DNA from: Longimicrobiales bacterium
GTDB taxonomy: Bacteria > Gemmatimonadota > Gemmatimonadetes > Longimicrobiales > Gaopeijiaceae
Direction of reading: 5' to 3'
Length of the DNA: 64,000 bases
NCBI GenBank assembly: GCA_965202985.1
Contig: CBDBCF010000001.1
Location: forward strand, 1,312,001 to 1,376,000
The position numbers and the translations under genes are program-made. Below are positions 48,090 to 57,308 of the stretch, one piece after another. Each line of letters begins with the position of its first letter. Position 1 is the first letter of the stretch. Under the pieces are notes generated by a model. That model saw only the letters and a program-made list of their open reading frames with translations. It had not been told where the DNA came from and did no database searches.

Positions 48090-48202
48090 CGACCGGCGTC
48101 TCGGCGGCCATGCGCCCAGTACGCCGCGAAGCCCATGACCAGCCCGGGCACGGTTGCCGCCAGCATCAGGAGCCAAGCGCCCCAAGGGAGTCCGGCGATC
48201 AC
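48086..48202 (-). CDS. 38-aa single-TM accessory peptide upstream of the SSS transporter
   Basis: MIAGLPWGAWLLMLAATVPGLVMGFAAYWAHGRRDAGR; GTGA overlaps at both ends; below the ORF-track cutoff. Confidence 0.75.
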   Translation of the reverse strand: MIAGLPWGAWLLMLAATVPGLVMGFAAYWAHGRRDAGR

Positions 48203-49587
48203 GAAGCCGCCCCGGCAGCGTCGCAAGCGGCGTCGCAGGCTCTGGACAGGCGCCGCAGCACCTCGTCCACCTCGTCTTCCGCGATCAGCAGGGACGGGCC
48301 CAGCCGGATCACGTGGCCGTGCAGCCCGCCGACGCCGATCAGCAGCCCCTGGGCCTTGGCCGCTTCCAGCAGCGCGGCCGCCAAGCCCGGCGCCGGCGTC
48401 TTGGACGACGGGTCCTCGACCAGCTCCAGCGCCTGCATGAGGCCCATGCCACGAACCTCGCCGATCCAGGCGTGCCGACGTCCCAGCGCGTTCAGCCCTG
48501 CGCGCAACTGTCGGCCGCGCTCGTGGGCGCGAGCCGGGACGTCGTCGGCTTCCATGACCCGCAAGGCCGCCGCCATGCCAGCCATGCAGATCGGGTTGCC
48601 GCCGAAGGTGGACAGGGTCTTGCCCCGCCAGCTGGCCGCCACTTCTTCGGATGCCGTGACCGCGCCCACGGGCAGTCCGGCGCCGATGCCCTTGGCGGTC
48701 ACCATCAGGTCCGGGACCACGTCCCAGTGCTCAATCCCGAACCAACGCCCCCCGGTTCGGCCAAAGCCCGACTGGACCTCGTCGCTGACGAAGACGCCGC
48801 CGTAGGAGCGGATCGTCTCGGCCATGCGCTGGAAGTAGCCCCGGGGCGGCACGATGTAGCCCCCAACGCCCTGGATCGTCTCGGCGATCAGCGCCGCCGG
48901 GCGGCCGTTTGTGGTCGTCTCCACGACCTCGGCCAAGTCGCGGGCGTAGATCTCGGCCAGCTCTTCGTCGCTGCGGGGGCCGAAGGGCGCCCGGTAGGGG
49001 TAGGGCGCCAGCGCGTGGACGATCCCCGTCTGGGTGCTGGGCAGGACGCGCCATGGCGCATGGGCCGTCGCGGAGGCCGCCAAGCTGGTGCGTCCGTGGT
49101 AAGCGTGCCGGAGCGCCACCACCTCGGTGCGCCCGGTGTGCAGGCGCGCCGCCGCCAGGGCGGTTTCGATCGCTTCGGTGCCGCTGTTGAGGAAGAAGGT
49201 CCGGCTCAGGTTCCCCGGCGCCAGCCGCGCAAGCGCCTCCGCGGCCTCCACTTGGGGTTCGTTCGCGTACAGCGTGGACACGTGGCCTAGGCGGCCGGCC
49301 TGCTCCCGCACCGCCGCCACCACTTCCGGGTGACAGTGTCCCAACGAGGTGGTAAGGATGCCGGCGAAGGCGTCCAGGTATTCGCGGCCGTCGGCGTCCT
49401 TGACCCAGCATCCGGCGCCTTCGGCCAAGGCCAAGGGCTCCTGGTAGAGAGGCTTCACGCAGTCGAAGAGGACCGCGCGCTGGCGCTCGAGCAGCGAGGC
49501 CGAGGCCGCTCCCGCCGCCGAAAGCGCTTCGGTTCCCGTCGACGCGGTCGTCACGCCGGATTCGCCGGTCGCCACGCCCGCGCTCAC
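48199..49587 (-). CDS. Class III aminotransferase (AGXT2 / beta-alanine aminotransferase-like)
   Basis: YLDAFAGI.T..LGHCHP, NSGTEA, AETIQGVGG, DEVQSGFGRTG, TAKG and TFGGNP. Confidence 0.9.
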   Translation of the reverse strand: MSAGVATGESGVTTASTGTEALSAAGAASASLLERQRAVLFDCVKPLYQEPLALAEGAGCWVKDADGREYLDAFAGILTTSLGHCHPEVVAAVREQAGRLGHVSTLYANEPQVEAAEALARLAPGNLSRTFFLNSGTEAIETALAAARLHTGRTEVVALRHAYHGRTSLAASATAHAPWRVLPSTQTGIVHALAPYPYRAPFGPRSDEELAEIYARDLAEVVETTTNGRPAALIAETIQGVGGYIVPPRGYFQRMAETIRSYGGVFVSDEVQSGFGRTGGRWFGIEHWDVVPDLMVTAKGIGAGLPVGAVTASEEVAASWRGKTLSTFGGNPICMAGMAAALRVMEADDVPARAHERGRQLRAGLNALGRRHAWIGEVRGMGLMQALELVEDPSSKTPAPGLAAALLEAAKAQGLLIGVGGLHGHVIRLGPSLLIAEDEVDEVLRRLSRACDAACDAAGAAS

Positions 49588-51062
49588 CACCGCGAGATCA
49601 CGACCTTGGCATCGGTGTAGAACGCCACCGAGTCCTTTCCCTGGGCCTTCAGGTCCCCGTAGAAGGAGTTCCGCGCGCCGCCGAAGGGAAAGAACGCCAT
49701 CGGCGCCGCCACGCCCACGTTGATCCCGAGCATGGAGATGCCCGCCCGGTAGCGGAACTCGCGCGCCGTCCGGCCCGAGCGCGTGAAGACGCTGGCGGCG
49801 TTGCCGTAGGGGCTCGAGGCAAGGATCTCCAAGGCCGCGTCCAGCGTCGGCGCCCGCGACAGCCCGGCCACGGGGCCGAAGACCTCGTCCTGCCCCAAGG
49901 GCGACTCGGGCGGCACGTTCTCGACCACGGTGGGGCCGATCCAGTGGCCCTCGGGGTAGCCGGGCACGCGCGCGTTTCGACCGTCCATCAGCACGCGCGC
50001 GCCGTCGCGCTCCCCCTGCTCGACGTACTCTGCGACGCGATCCCGGTGCGCGCCCGAGATGACCGGTCCCATGTCGGTTCCCTCGTCCAGCCCGCAACCG
50101 ACCGTCAGGGACGCCGCCCCGTCCAGGATGCGTTCGCGAACGGGCTCGTAGGAGTCGCCCACGCCCACCACCACCGAGCCCGCCAGGCATCGCTGGCCCG
50201 CGCATCCGAACACCGAGTCCACCACGGCCGCGGCCACCGCGTCCGGGTCGGCGTCGGGCAGCACGATCATGTGGTTCTTGGCGCCGCCCAGCGCCTGCAC
50301 GCGCTTCCCCGCCGCCCCGGCCCGGCGGTACACCTCCTTGGCCACGGTACTGGAGCCCACGAACGACACCCCCGCCACGTCCGGGTGCGCCGCCAGCGCC
50401 GCAGCCGCCTGGCCCCGCCCGTGCACGACGTTGAGCACGCCGGCCGGCAGCCCGGCCTGGACGGCCAACTCCACCACGCGGTGGTGCGTGAGCGGGTCCT
50501 GCTCGCTGGGCTTGACGACCACAGTGTTCCCCGCGGCCACCGCGTACGGCCAGAACCACAGGGGCACCATCATGGGGAAGTTGTAGGGCGTGATCACGGC
50601 GAAGACTCCCACCGGCTGGCGCACCGTCTCGCAGTCGATGCCCCGGGCCACGTCTTCCAGCGTGTCGCCCATCATGAGCGTGGGCATCCCCGCGGCGTGC
50701 TCCACGTTCTCGATGCCGCGCTGCACTTCTCCGCGGGCCTCGGCCAAGTTCTTGCCCTGCTCGCGCGACAGGCGACCGGCCAGGTCTTCGTGGTGTTCGT
50801 CCAGCAGGGACTTGAGGCGGAAGAAGACGCGGGCGCGTTCGGCCACCGGCGTGCGTCGCCATTCGGGGAAGGCGGCCTTGGCCGCGGCGACGGCCCGGTT
50901 CACGTCCGCGGCGTCGGACACGGGCACGGCGCCTAGGGTCTCTCCCGTGGCGGGGTCCTTCACGGCCAGGCGATCCCGCGCCTCCGCAGCCCACTCGCCG
51001 TTCACGAAGTTGGGAGCCAATGGGACCGTCGCCGAACGGGCGGCCGAGTTTGCCGAAGTCAT
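49584..51062 (-). CDS. mmsA: CoA-acylating methylmalonate/malonate-semialdehyde dehydrogenase
   Basis: PYNFPMMVP.W, FVGSS, QALGGAKNH, AGQRCLA, GINVGV.APM and F.FGG. Confidence 0.92.
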   Translation of the reverse strand: MTSANSAARSATVPLAPNFVNGEWAAEARDRLAVKDPATGETLGAVPVSDAADVNRAVAAAKAAFPEWRRTPVAERARVFFRLKSLLDEHHEDLAGRLSREQGKNLAEARGEVQRGIENVEHAAGMPTLMMGDTLEDVARGIDCETVRQPVGVFAVITPYNFPMMVPLWFWPYAVAAGNTVVVKPSEQDPLTHHRVVELAVQAGLPAGVLNVVHGRGQAAAALAAHPDVAGVSFVGSSTVAKEVYRRAGAAGKRVQALGGAKNHMIVLPDADPDAVAAAVVDSVFGCAGQRCLAGSVVVGVGDSYEPVRERILDGAASLTVGCGLDEGTDMGPVISGAHRDRVAEYVEQGERDGARVLMDGRNARVPGYPEGHWIGPTVVENVPPESPLGQDEVFGPVAGLSRAPTLDAALEILASSPYGNAASVFTRSGRTAREFRYRAGISMLGINVGVAAPMAFFPFGGARNSFYGDLKAQGKDSVAFYTDAKVVISRW

Positions 51063-51208
51063 GGAGCGCGCTCCTTTTGTCATGGGGCGAAAGTGCCTTG
51101 CCCTAGGAAGCTGGACAAGTCCGGCGCGCGGGATCAAGCACTCGGCGGTTCCGGGCCGGGCGCGTCCGCGGTCCGCCCGTGCTCGGACTGGCCTTGTGCC
51201 GGATCATG

Positions 51209-51224
51209 TGGTATCATGGTATCA
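51209..51224 (+). promoter_or_regulatory. Tandem TGGTATCA operator overlapping an extended -10 of the TA operon
   Basis: Two perfect adjacent TGGTATCA copies ending 2 nt before the ATG; they contain TG-N-TATCAT; no SD. Confidence 0.6.
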
Positions 51225-51226
51225 TC

Positions 51227-51826
51227 ATGGCCAAGACACCTGCATCGGGACGCTTCCTGCTTCGCGTGCCCCCCGCGCTCCATCGAGCGTTGCGCCGGGG
51301 GGCCAGAGCCAAGGGCACGTCGTTGAACCGCTACTGCCGGGACGCGCTCGAAGCAGCCGTGGACGGGGGACCGAACCGCGAGACGGCTTGGCAGCGAGCA
51401 GCCGGGGCGATCGTGCGAGAGGTCGGCGGGGGATTGGAAGCCGTAGTGCTCTTCGGGTCGCGGGCTCGGGGCCACGACGGGCCGGACTCGGACGTGGACC
51501 TGTTGTTGGCCGTGGCGCCGGACGCACCCTTGGGAAGGGAGCGCTACGTGGCCTGGGACGAAGGCTTGGCCGGCGCTCCGGAGATCCGCGCTCTGGGCGC
51601 CCGCGTAAGCCCGCACTTCGCCCGCCTGCCCGCCGAACCGCCGGGCCGGGCCGGCGGGGGCGGCGCTCTGTGGCTGGAAACCGCGCTGCACGGCATCGTG
51701 CTCTGGCAGCGAACCGACGCCCCGTCCCGCTGGATCGGCGACGCGCGAGAGATGATGGCCGCGGGGGCGCTCGTCCGACGCTTCGCCCACGGACAACCTT
51801 ACTGGGTCGCGGGCGGCGCAGAATGA
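51227..51826 (+). CDS. HicB-like RHH DNA-binding domain fused to minimal nucleotidyltransferase (MNT antitoxin)
   Basis: SGRFLLRVPPALH..L...A...G.SLN; VLFGSRARG...DSDVDLL. Confidence 0.85.
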   Translation: MAKTPASGRFLLRVPPALHRALRRGARAKGTSLNRYCRDALEAAVDGGPNRETAWQRAAGAIVREVGGGLEAVVLFGSRARGHDGPDSDVDLLLAVAPDAPLGRERYVAWDEGLAGAPEIRALGARVSPHFARLPAEPPGRAGGGGALWLETALHGIVLWQRTDAPSRWIGDAREMMAAGALVRRFAHGQPYWVAGGAE

Positions 51827-52230
51827 GAAACCCCGACTTGGCGGCCGACTACCTGCGTCGCGGCGCTAGCCGACTCAAGGCGATCCGCGTGCTCATGGAC
51901 GAAGAGAGCTGGGCCGACGTTGTCCGCGAATCGCAGGAGGTGGTGGAGATCTGCCTCAAGGCGCTGCTGCGTCGCGCCGGCGTGTCGCCGCCTCGCATTC
52001 ACGACGTGAGCGGCGTGCTGACCGACAACCGGGCGCGCTTGCCGGCCGCGGCCAAGCGACATTTGGACGAACTCGTACAGGTGTCGCGTGCGCTTCGTCG
52101 CGACCGCGAGCTGGCGTTCTACGGCAGCGAAGACCTGACGCCGGGCCAGTTCTACCGCCGCGAGGACGCCGTGGACGCGTTCTCGGGCGCCCGACTGGTC
52201 CACCGCGTCGTGCTGGAGGCGTGTTCCTAG
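51823..52230 (+). CDS. HEPN-domain protein
   Basis: ATGA overlap; SQEVVE..LKA.L, PPRIHDV and RELAFY. Confidence 0.85.
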   Translation: MRNPDLAADYLRRGASRLKAIRVLMDEESWADVVRESQEVVEICLKALLRRAGVSPPRIHDVSGVLTDNRARLPAAAKRHLDELVQVSRALRRDRELAFYGSEDLTPGQFYRREDAVDAFSGARLVHRVVLEACS

Positions 52231-53861
52231 GCCGGGTGCGCGGGCGAGCGGCGGCACGGGCGGCGGTGGTTGCGGCGACGACATGCGCGACGGTCTCGGG
52301 CATGGCCGCCGGCACCGGCGCCGCCTTGATCGCCCAAGAGACGGCCCTCGTGTCCAACATGGACCCCGCGTACGACGACTTGGCGCTCCTGGCCGCCCTG
52401 GGGTTGGTGCGCACCGCGTCGGCGGGCGAAGGCCCCCACTCGCGGGCGGCGTTCGCGCGGTGGACCGCCGAGGCCCGCAATCGTGCCGAAGCGCCCGGCG
52501 CCCCGCCGCCCTCCGCGCGCGTCCAAGAGATCCTGGAGCGCTTTCGGCGGCGCTTCGGGGAGGAGCGTTCTGCCGTGGCGCTCGGAAGCGCCCGGCTGGA
52601 AGTCTGGGCCGCTCGCTCGCCTTCGAGGCCGCTCGGACCAGCAGCCGCTTATGGAATCGACGGCGTCTTGAATCCGCTACTCCAGTCCAACCAAGGCCGA
52701 CAGGTGGCCGACGGCTGGACGGCAGCGGCCGAGTTCTCGGGCGACCTGTCGGCGGGCCCCTTCGCTGTCGGCTTTCGACCGCGCACATGGGCGGAGCAAC
52801 CCCGTGCGGTCGAGCCCGCCAAGGCCCGGGCTACGTTCGTCGAAACGTACGTCCGCCTCGTGGGGGGTGCATTCGCCCTGGAGGCAGGCAGGCTGTCCGT
52901 TTCGCTTGGGCGCGGGCGGCACGGCGGCCCGCTGCTCTCTCACAATGCGCGGGGCCTGGACTTGGTGCGCCTGGCTTCCGACCGACCGTTTCGGTTGCCC
53001 GGCTTCTTGCGCGGAACGGGCGAATGGAGGGCTTCGGCGATGGTCGCCAACATGGGCGCCAGCCGCGATGTGCCCGACAGCTGGCTGGCCGGGTTTCGCG
53101 TCAGCAACCGGGTATGGAGCAAGATGCAGCTGGCCCTCTTCTACCTGAACCTGCAGGGCGGCGACGGCTCGCCGGACGGCAGCTTCTGGGAGCGCGCCGC
53201 CGATCTCTTGCTGCCGTTCCGGGGCGGCGGCGTCCAGGTATCCGACAAGGCGGGCGGCGGCGACCTGCAGATCGCGATCCCGTCCGCTCGCGCGCTCCTC
53301 TACCTCAACTTCGTCGCCACCGACCTTCGCCGGAACTACAGCCAGTTTCTTCGGGCGTACTGGCAAGACGCGATCTGGTCCGGCGGCGTTCGCACCTTGG
53401 GACTGGGGGCCCATGGCCGCTTCGACGCCTGGCTGGAAGCAAAGAGCGCGGGTCCGCTGGCTCACACGCACAGCCAGTTCACGTCAGGCCTGACGTTGGA
53501 CGGCCGGGTCATCGGGGACCCGCTGGGTCCCAACGCCCGAAGCGTCGCGGCCGGCGTTTCGTGGACGGCCCCGCTCTGGCGCTTGTCGGCAACGGCAGCG
53601 CGAGAACGCTACTCGGGCGACGAGTGGCGGCTCGTCGGCGCCTTCGAGGGCGACCCCCGCCCCTGGGAATGGACCAAGATCAGGGCGCGTCCCGCCGAAA
53701 CCCGCACGCGGCTGACCGTGGATTGGACCAACCGTCCCGCCCCCGGCAACGTCTTTCTGTCCGTGCGCCTTGCCTACGAGCAGGCCGACAACTTCGACTT
53801 CGCCGGCGGGCGCCGTCGCAACCTCCTGGTCCGGATCAGCGCGGGCTGGGCAGGAAGCTAG
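52221..53861 (+). CDS. Capsule assembly Wzi-family outer-membrane protein
   Basis: Signal peptide; GR....LG.G..G.LLS.NA..LD.VRL....PF.LP, SDK.GG.D and IGDPLGPNA; start uncertain. Confidence 0.72.
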   Translation: MFLGRVRGRAAARAAVVAATTCATVSGMAAGTGAALIAQETALVSNMDPAYDDLALLAALGLVRTASAGEGPHSRAAFARWTAEARNRAEAPGAPPPSARVQEILERFRRRFGEERSAVALGSARLEVWAARSPSRPLGPAAAYGIDGVLNPLLQSNQGRQVADGWTAAAEFSGDLSAGPFAVGFRPRTWAEQPRAVEPAKARATFVETYVRLVGGAFALEAGRLSVSLGRGRHGGPLLSHNARGLDLVRLASDRPFRLPGFLRGTGEWRASAMVANMGASRDVPDSWLAGFRVSNRVWSKMQLALFYLNLQGGDGSPDGSFWERAADLLLPFRGGGVQVSDKAGGGDLQIAIPSARALLYLNFVATDLRRNYSQFLRAYWQDAIWSGGVRTLGLGAHGRFDAWLEAKSAGPLAHTHSQFTSGLTLDGRVIGDPLGPNARSVAAGVSWTAPLWRLSATAARERYSGDEWRLVGAFEGDPRPWEWTKIRARPAETRTRLTVDWTNRPAPGNVFLSVRLAYEQADNFDFAGGRRRNLLVRISAGWAGS

Positions 53862-53888
53862 GTGGAGGCGGGCCGGAAGGCGTCGAAT

Positions 53889-54338
53889 CTACTCCGCCTC
53901 GAAGCCGCACTCCCGGTGGGCCCCGTCGCAGAAGGGCTTGGACGACGATGCGCCGCACCTGCACAAGGCGCCCTTCCGTCCATGCGTCGTCGCGCCGTCT
54001 TCGCCCACGACAACCAGCGGCCCCCTCACCAGCAACGGCCCGTTGGGGGTGCAAACGACAGCGACGGGTTCGTCGGCCGCGCTCGCGCGTTCGTCGGCCG
54101 TACCCCGATCTCCTTCGGCAGGCGCCAACCGGCCGCCCTGAACGCCGCCTTCGTCGGCGAAGCCCGCCTGGTGGTGGGAGTCGTCGCAGAAGGGCTTGTC
54201 CTGCGACGCGCCGCACCGGCACAAGTACGCTTCTTCGGTCTCGTGGACCGCTCCGTCGGGCAACTCGATTCGGATCCGTCCCGTCAGGTGGAGAGGACCG
54301 TCCTGCAGGATCTTGCACGTGTTCACGTTCATGGTCAC
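53889..54338 (-). CDS. Double CDGSH iron-sulfur domain protein
   Basis: LCRCGASQDKPFCDDSH and LCRCGASSSKPFCDGAH, each preceded by D/NGPL; GTG at 54338 (alternative ATG at 54332). Confidence 0.9.
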   Translation of the reverse strand: MTMNVNTCKILQDGPLHLTGRIRIELPDGAVHETEEAYLCRCGASQDKPFCDDSHHQAGFADEGGVQGGRLAPAEGDRGTADERASAADEPVAVVCTPNGPLLVRGPLVVVGEDGATTHGRKGALCRCGASSSKPFCDGAHRECGFEAE

Positions 54339-55993
54339 ATCCTTCGATAGCGCGGGCCGCTGCCGCCTTCGCGCGGCGTCCACCGCGGGCCCAGCACGTC
54401 CGTGGCTCTGCAATCGATGCAGTTGGGGGCATTGACCACAAGGCGGCCGTCGCCGTCGCGCTCGTAGACGCCGGCCGGACAAAGGTGGCCGTACATCTCG
54501 GCCACGTCCGCCGGCACGCCTTCCGCCGCTTGCAAGTGCGACGGGATGTCGTCGCGGGTTCGGTTCCCGCTCTTGAACACGGCGTCGGCCTTGGAGACGG
54601 CCAGCGGACCCGAGGCGTCCACCGCGGACCCCAAGCGCTTGCTTTCGGAGGCGTCGGACCCGGTGGCGATCCGTTCGGCGGGCCAGCGTCCCCGCGTCAG
54701 CGTCGCCAGACCCGCCTTGAGCCCGCCTGCGTAGAAGCCGCTCTTGAAGGCGAGTCGCATGTTGCGGTTGCGCTTCAGGTCGGTCGCGATGAACGACGCG
54801 TCGACAGCCTCCGTGGCCGGGGCCAGCGCGTTCGCCGAGAAGTCTTTCCTGCACAACGCCCCGTAGATGGCGCGCGCCGCCAGAACGCCCGAGTGCATGG
54901 CGTAATGGATGCCCTTCAGGCTGGCGACGTCGACGTATCCGGCGGAGTCGCCCACAATGCAGATGCCGGCGCCGTGCCGCCGCTCCGGAAGCGAGTAGAA
55001 GCCGCCTTCGGGGATCGTTTTTGCACCCCACTCCACCAGCTCGCCGCCCTCGAGGATGTCGCGGAACAGCGGATGGTGCTTGAGCCGCTGCAACAAGCTG
55101 TGCACGTCCAGCCGCGCATTGCGGTAGTCCAAGCTCGCGACCAGCCCCAGCGCCACCAAGCGGTCGTCCAACGGATACGCGAACGCGCCTCCGAAGCCGT
55201 CTTCGCGCAGGGGCCAGCCCATCGTGTGCACGACCCTGTCCAAGGGCCGCCTCACTTCCCAGAGCTCCTTGACGCCCAAGGAGTAGATCTGCGGGTTGGG
55301 CGACTGGACGCCTTGCCACTCCAGGTAGGCCTGCGTCAAGTGTCCTCGCGTGCCTTCGGACAGGACCACGACCCGGGCCGTCACGTCCACGGGCGACATG
55401 TAGCCCGCGCCTCCCGGCTGGCCTTCGCGGTCCAGCCCGGACGGCGTAGTGCGAACGCCCGTCACGGCGTCGCCGTCGACCAGGAGGCTCTCCGCCGGAA
55501 ACCCCGGCAAGATGCTCACGCCCGCTGCTTCCGCCTGCTCGCCCAGCCACCGCACGATCTCGCACACCGACGCCACGAAGTTGCCGTGGTTGCGCATCGT
55601 CGGCGGCGCGGGCAGGCGGATCGCGCCGCCCCGAGTCAAGAAGTACACGGCCTCTTTCTGCACGGGCCGGCGAAAGGGAAAGTCGGCGTCTTTCACGCTG
55701 GGAAAGATCTCCCGGAAGACGCGGGGGTCGACGACCGCCCCCGAAAGGTTGTGCTCGCCCAGGCTTTCGGCCTTCTCCAGCACGCCGATCTCCACGTCGC
55801 CGGGGCCGTCTCCCGCCTTGTTGCCCTCGCGCACCAAGCGGGCAAGCTCCACGGCGCCCGCCAACCCCGCCGGCCCCGCCCCCACGAACACCACGTCCAT
55901 CGGCACGGTCTCTGCGCCGGCGCCCGACGCGGCTCCATCGACGATGAAGCGTTCGATGCGCAGGGGCGGCCGGTGGAGGGCGGGATGTATCAA
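54335..55993 (-). CDS. Electron transfer flavoprotein-ubiquinone oxidoreductase (FixC/ETF-QO)
   Basis: VGAGPAGL, LSGAV, MRNHGN, GVKELW, GAKTIPEGG, KGIHYAM.SG, CPAGVYE and EGGSGP.Y; TTG start inferred. Confidence 0.9.
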   Translation of the reverse strand: MIHPALHRPPLRIERFIVDGAASGAGAETVPMDVVFVGAGPAGLAGAVELARLVREGNKAGDGPGDVEIGVLEKAESLGEHNLSGAVVDPRVFREIFPSVKDADFPFRRPVQKEAVYFLTRGGAIRLPAPPTMRNHGNFVASVCEIVRWLGEQAEAAGVSILPGFPAESLLVDGDAVTGVRTTPSGLDREGQPGGAGYMSPVDVTARVVVLSEGTRGHLTQAYLEWQGVQSPNPQIYSLGVKELWEVRRPLDRVVHTMGWPLREDGFGGAFAYPLDDRLVALGLVASLDYRNARLDVHSLLQRLKHHPLFRDILEGGELVEWGAKTIPEGGFYSLPERRHGAGICIVGDSAGYVDVASLKGIHYAMHSGVLAARAIYGALCRKDFSANALAPATEAVDASFIATDLKRNRNMRLAFKSGFYAGGLKAGLATLTRGRWPAERIATGSDASESKRLGSAVDASGPLAVSKADAVFKSGNRTRDDIPSHLQAAEGVPADVAEMYGHLCPAGVYERDGDGRLVVNAPNCIDCRATDVLGPRWTPREGGSGPRYRRM

Positions 55994-56057
55994 GGCGGTT
56001 CCCCGGAGACGGCCAAGGCCGACAGCGAACGCGGGCACGTCGAGAGCGGAACCAAAG

Positions 56058-57302
56058 CTAACGTTGCCGGGACGCCGAACGGTCCCCGAGCCAGTGCGCA
56101 AGCTGCACGGCGACCTTCTGCTGGGCCACGGGAACGGCCAAGCCGGCCAAGTCGTCCAACGAAGCCGCCACCGTTGCACGCGGCGCGTCGGCAGGGTCGT
56201 TGCTGCCGCCGACCCCGACTCCGCCAACGCCGTCGGTTGCTCTGTCCAGTGCTTCGCGATCGCACGTCACCACCACGGGGTGATAGACGGCGCGCAGGTG
56301 CGTGAACGCATGACGGACCGGTCGAAGGCGCCCCGCAACCTTGCCGCGGACGGCCAGCCCCGGTCCCGCCAGCCTGGCCAGCGCCGCTTCCGCGGCCGAA
56401 GCGGCCAAGCTTCCGTTTCTGCCGCCGCCGGCATCGCCGGATCCTGCCGGTCCCGGGTCGCCCAGCTCCGTCGCCGGGAACTCCCACATCCCCGCCAGCA
56501 AACCGACTTCGGGGCGCCGGACCAGCAGCGTCCGCCCCTGCTTGTCCACGGCAACCGCCACCGCGAACTCGGCCCGGCGAACCCGAGGGGCGCGTGGGGG
56601 CGCCGGCCGTTCCTCGGCGGTGCCCGCCGCTCGGGCACGACAGTGCGCCGCCAACGGACAGGCGCCGCATCGGGGCGACTTGGGCGTGCACACCGTGGCG
56701 CCCAGCTCCATGAGGGCCTCGTTGAAGTCGCCGGGACGCTCCGGGTCCAGGAGGCGCGCGGCTTCGGCGTGGATCCGCCGGGCCGAAGGCCGGGGCGCAT
56801 CCAGCAACCGCGACAAGACGCGACGGACGTTGCCGTCCACCGCGGGCACGGGCGCGCCGAAGGCAATGCTGGCCACCGCTCCCGCCGTGTACTCGCCGAC
56901 GCCGGGAAGCGTTCGCAACACGGCGGGGTCGCGCGGGAGGCGGCCCCCGTGGCGATCCAGGACCACGGAAGCGGTCCGGTGCAGGTTCGTTGCCCGTGCG
57001 TAGTAGCCCAGCCCCTTCCACGCCAGGAGAACGTCGTCGCGGGAGGAGGCGGCCAGCGCCTTCCACCCGGGGAAGCGCCGAAGCCATCGCTCGTAGTAGG
57101 GCGCCGCCGTTTCGGCTCGGGTCTGCTGCAGCATGACCTCCGAAACCAGCACGCGGTAGGGCGTGCGGGCCGACCGCCACGGCAGCTCGCGTCGGGTCTG
57201 GTCGAAGTGGCGGAGCAGCCCCCGGCGAATCGGCGACGCGGGCGCGCAGATCCGCTTCCTGGTCCCCGGGATCGTCGTTCTCCTCTCGTTTGGAGGCGTC
57301 AC
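56058..57302 (-). CDS. mutY: A/G-specific adenine glycosylase
   Basis: LPWR, SEVMLQQT, GLGYY.RA, HhH LPGVGEYTA, VDGNV.RV, Fe-S C..K.PRC..CP...C and GMWEFP. Confidence 0.93.
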   Translation of the reverse strand: MTPPNERRTTIPGTRKRICAPASPIRRGLLRHFDQTRRELPWRSARTPYRVLVSEVMLQQTRAETAAPYYERWLRRFPGWKALAASSRDDVLLAWKGLGYYARATNLHRTASVVLDRHGGRLPRDPAVLRTLPGVGEYTAGAVASIAFGAPVPAVDGNVRRVLSRLLDAPRPSARRIHAEAARLLDPERPGDFNEALMELGATVCTPKSPRCGACPLAAHCRARAAGTAEERPAPPRAPRVRRAEFAVAVAVDKQGRTLLVRRPEVGLLAGMWEFPATELGDPGPAGSGDAGGGRNGSLAASAAEAALARLAGPGLAVRGKVAGRLRPVRHAFTHLRAVYHPVVVTCDREALDRATDGVGGVGVGGSNDPADAPRATVAASLDDLAGLAVPVAQQKVAVQLAHWLGDRSASRQR

Positions 57303-57308
57303 GTTGGC

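Noticed and set aside
52283..56305. 1340-aa + strand ORF and other long Arg/Gly/Pro-rich ORFs (e.g. 55990-60666, 14562-17450, 35943-38339)
   Set aside because: These are shadow or alternate frames of well-supported genes in high-GC DNA. The only real parts of such ORFs are those trimmed and listed as features.
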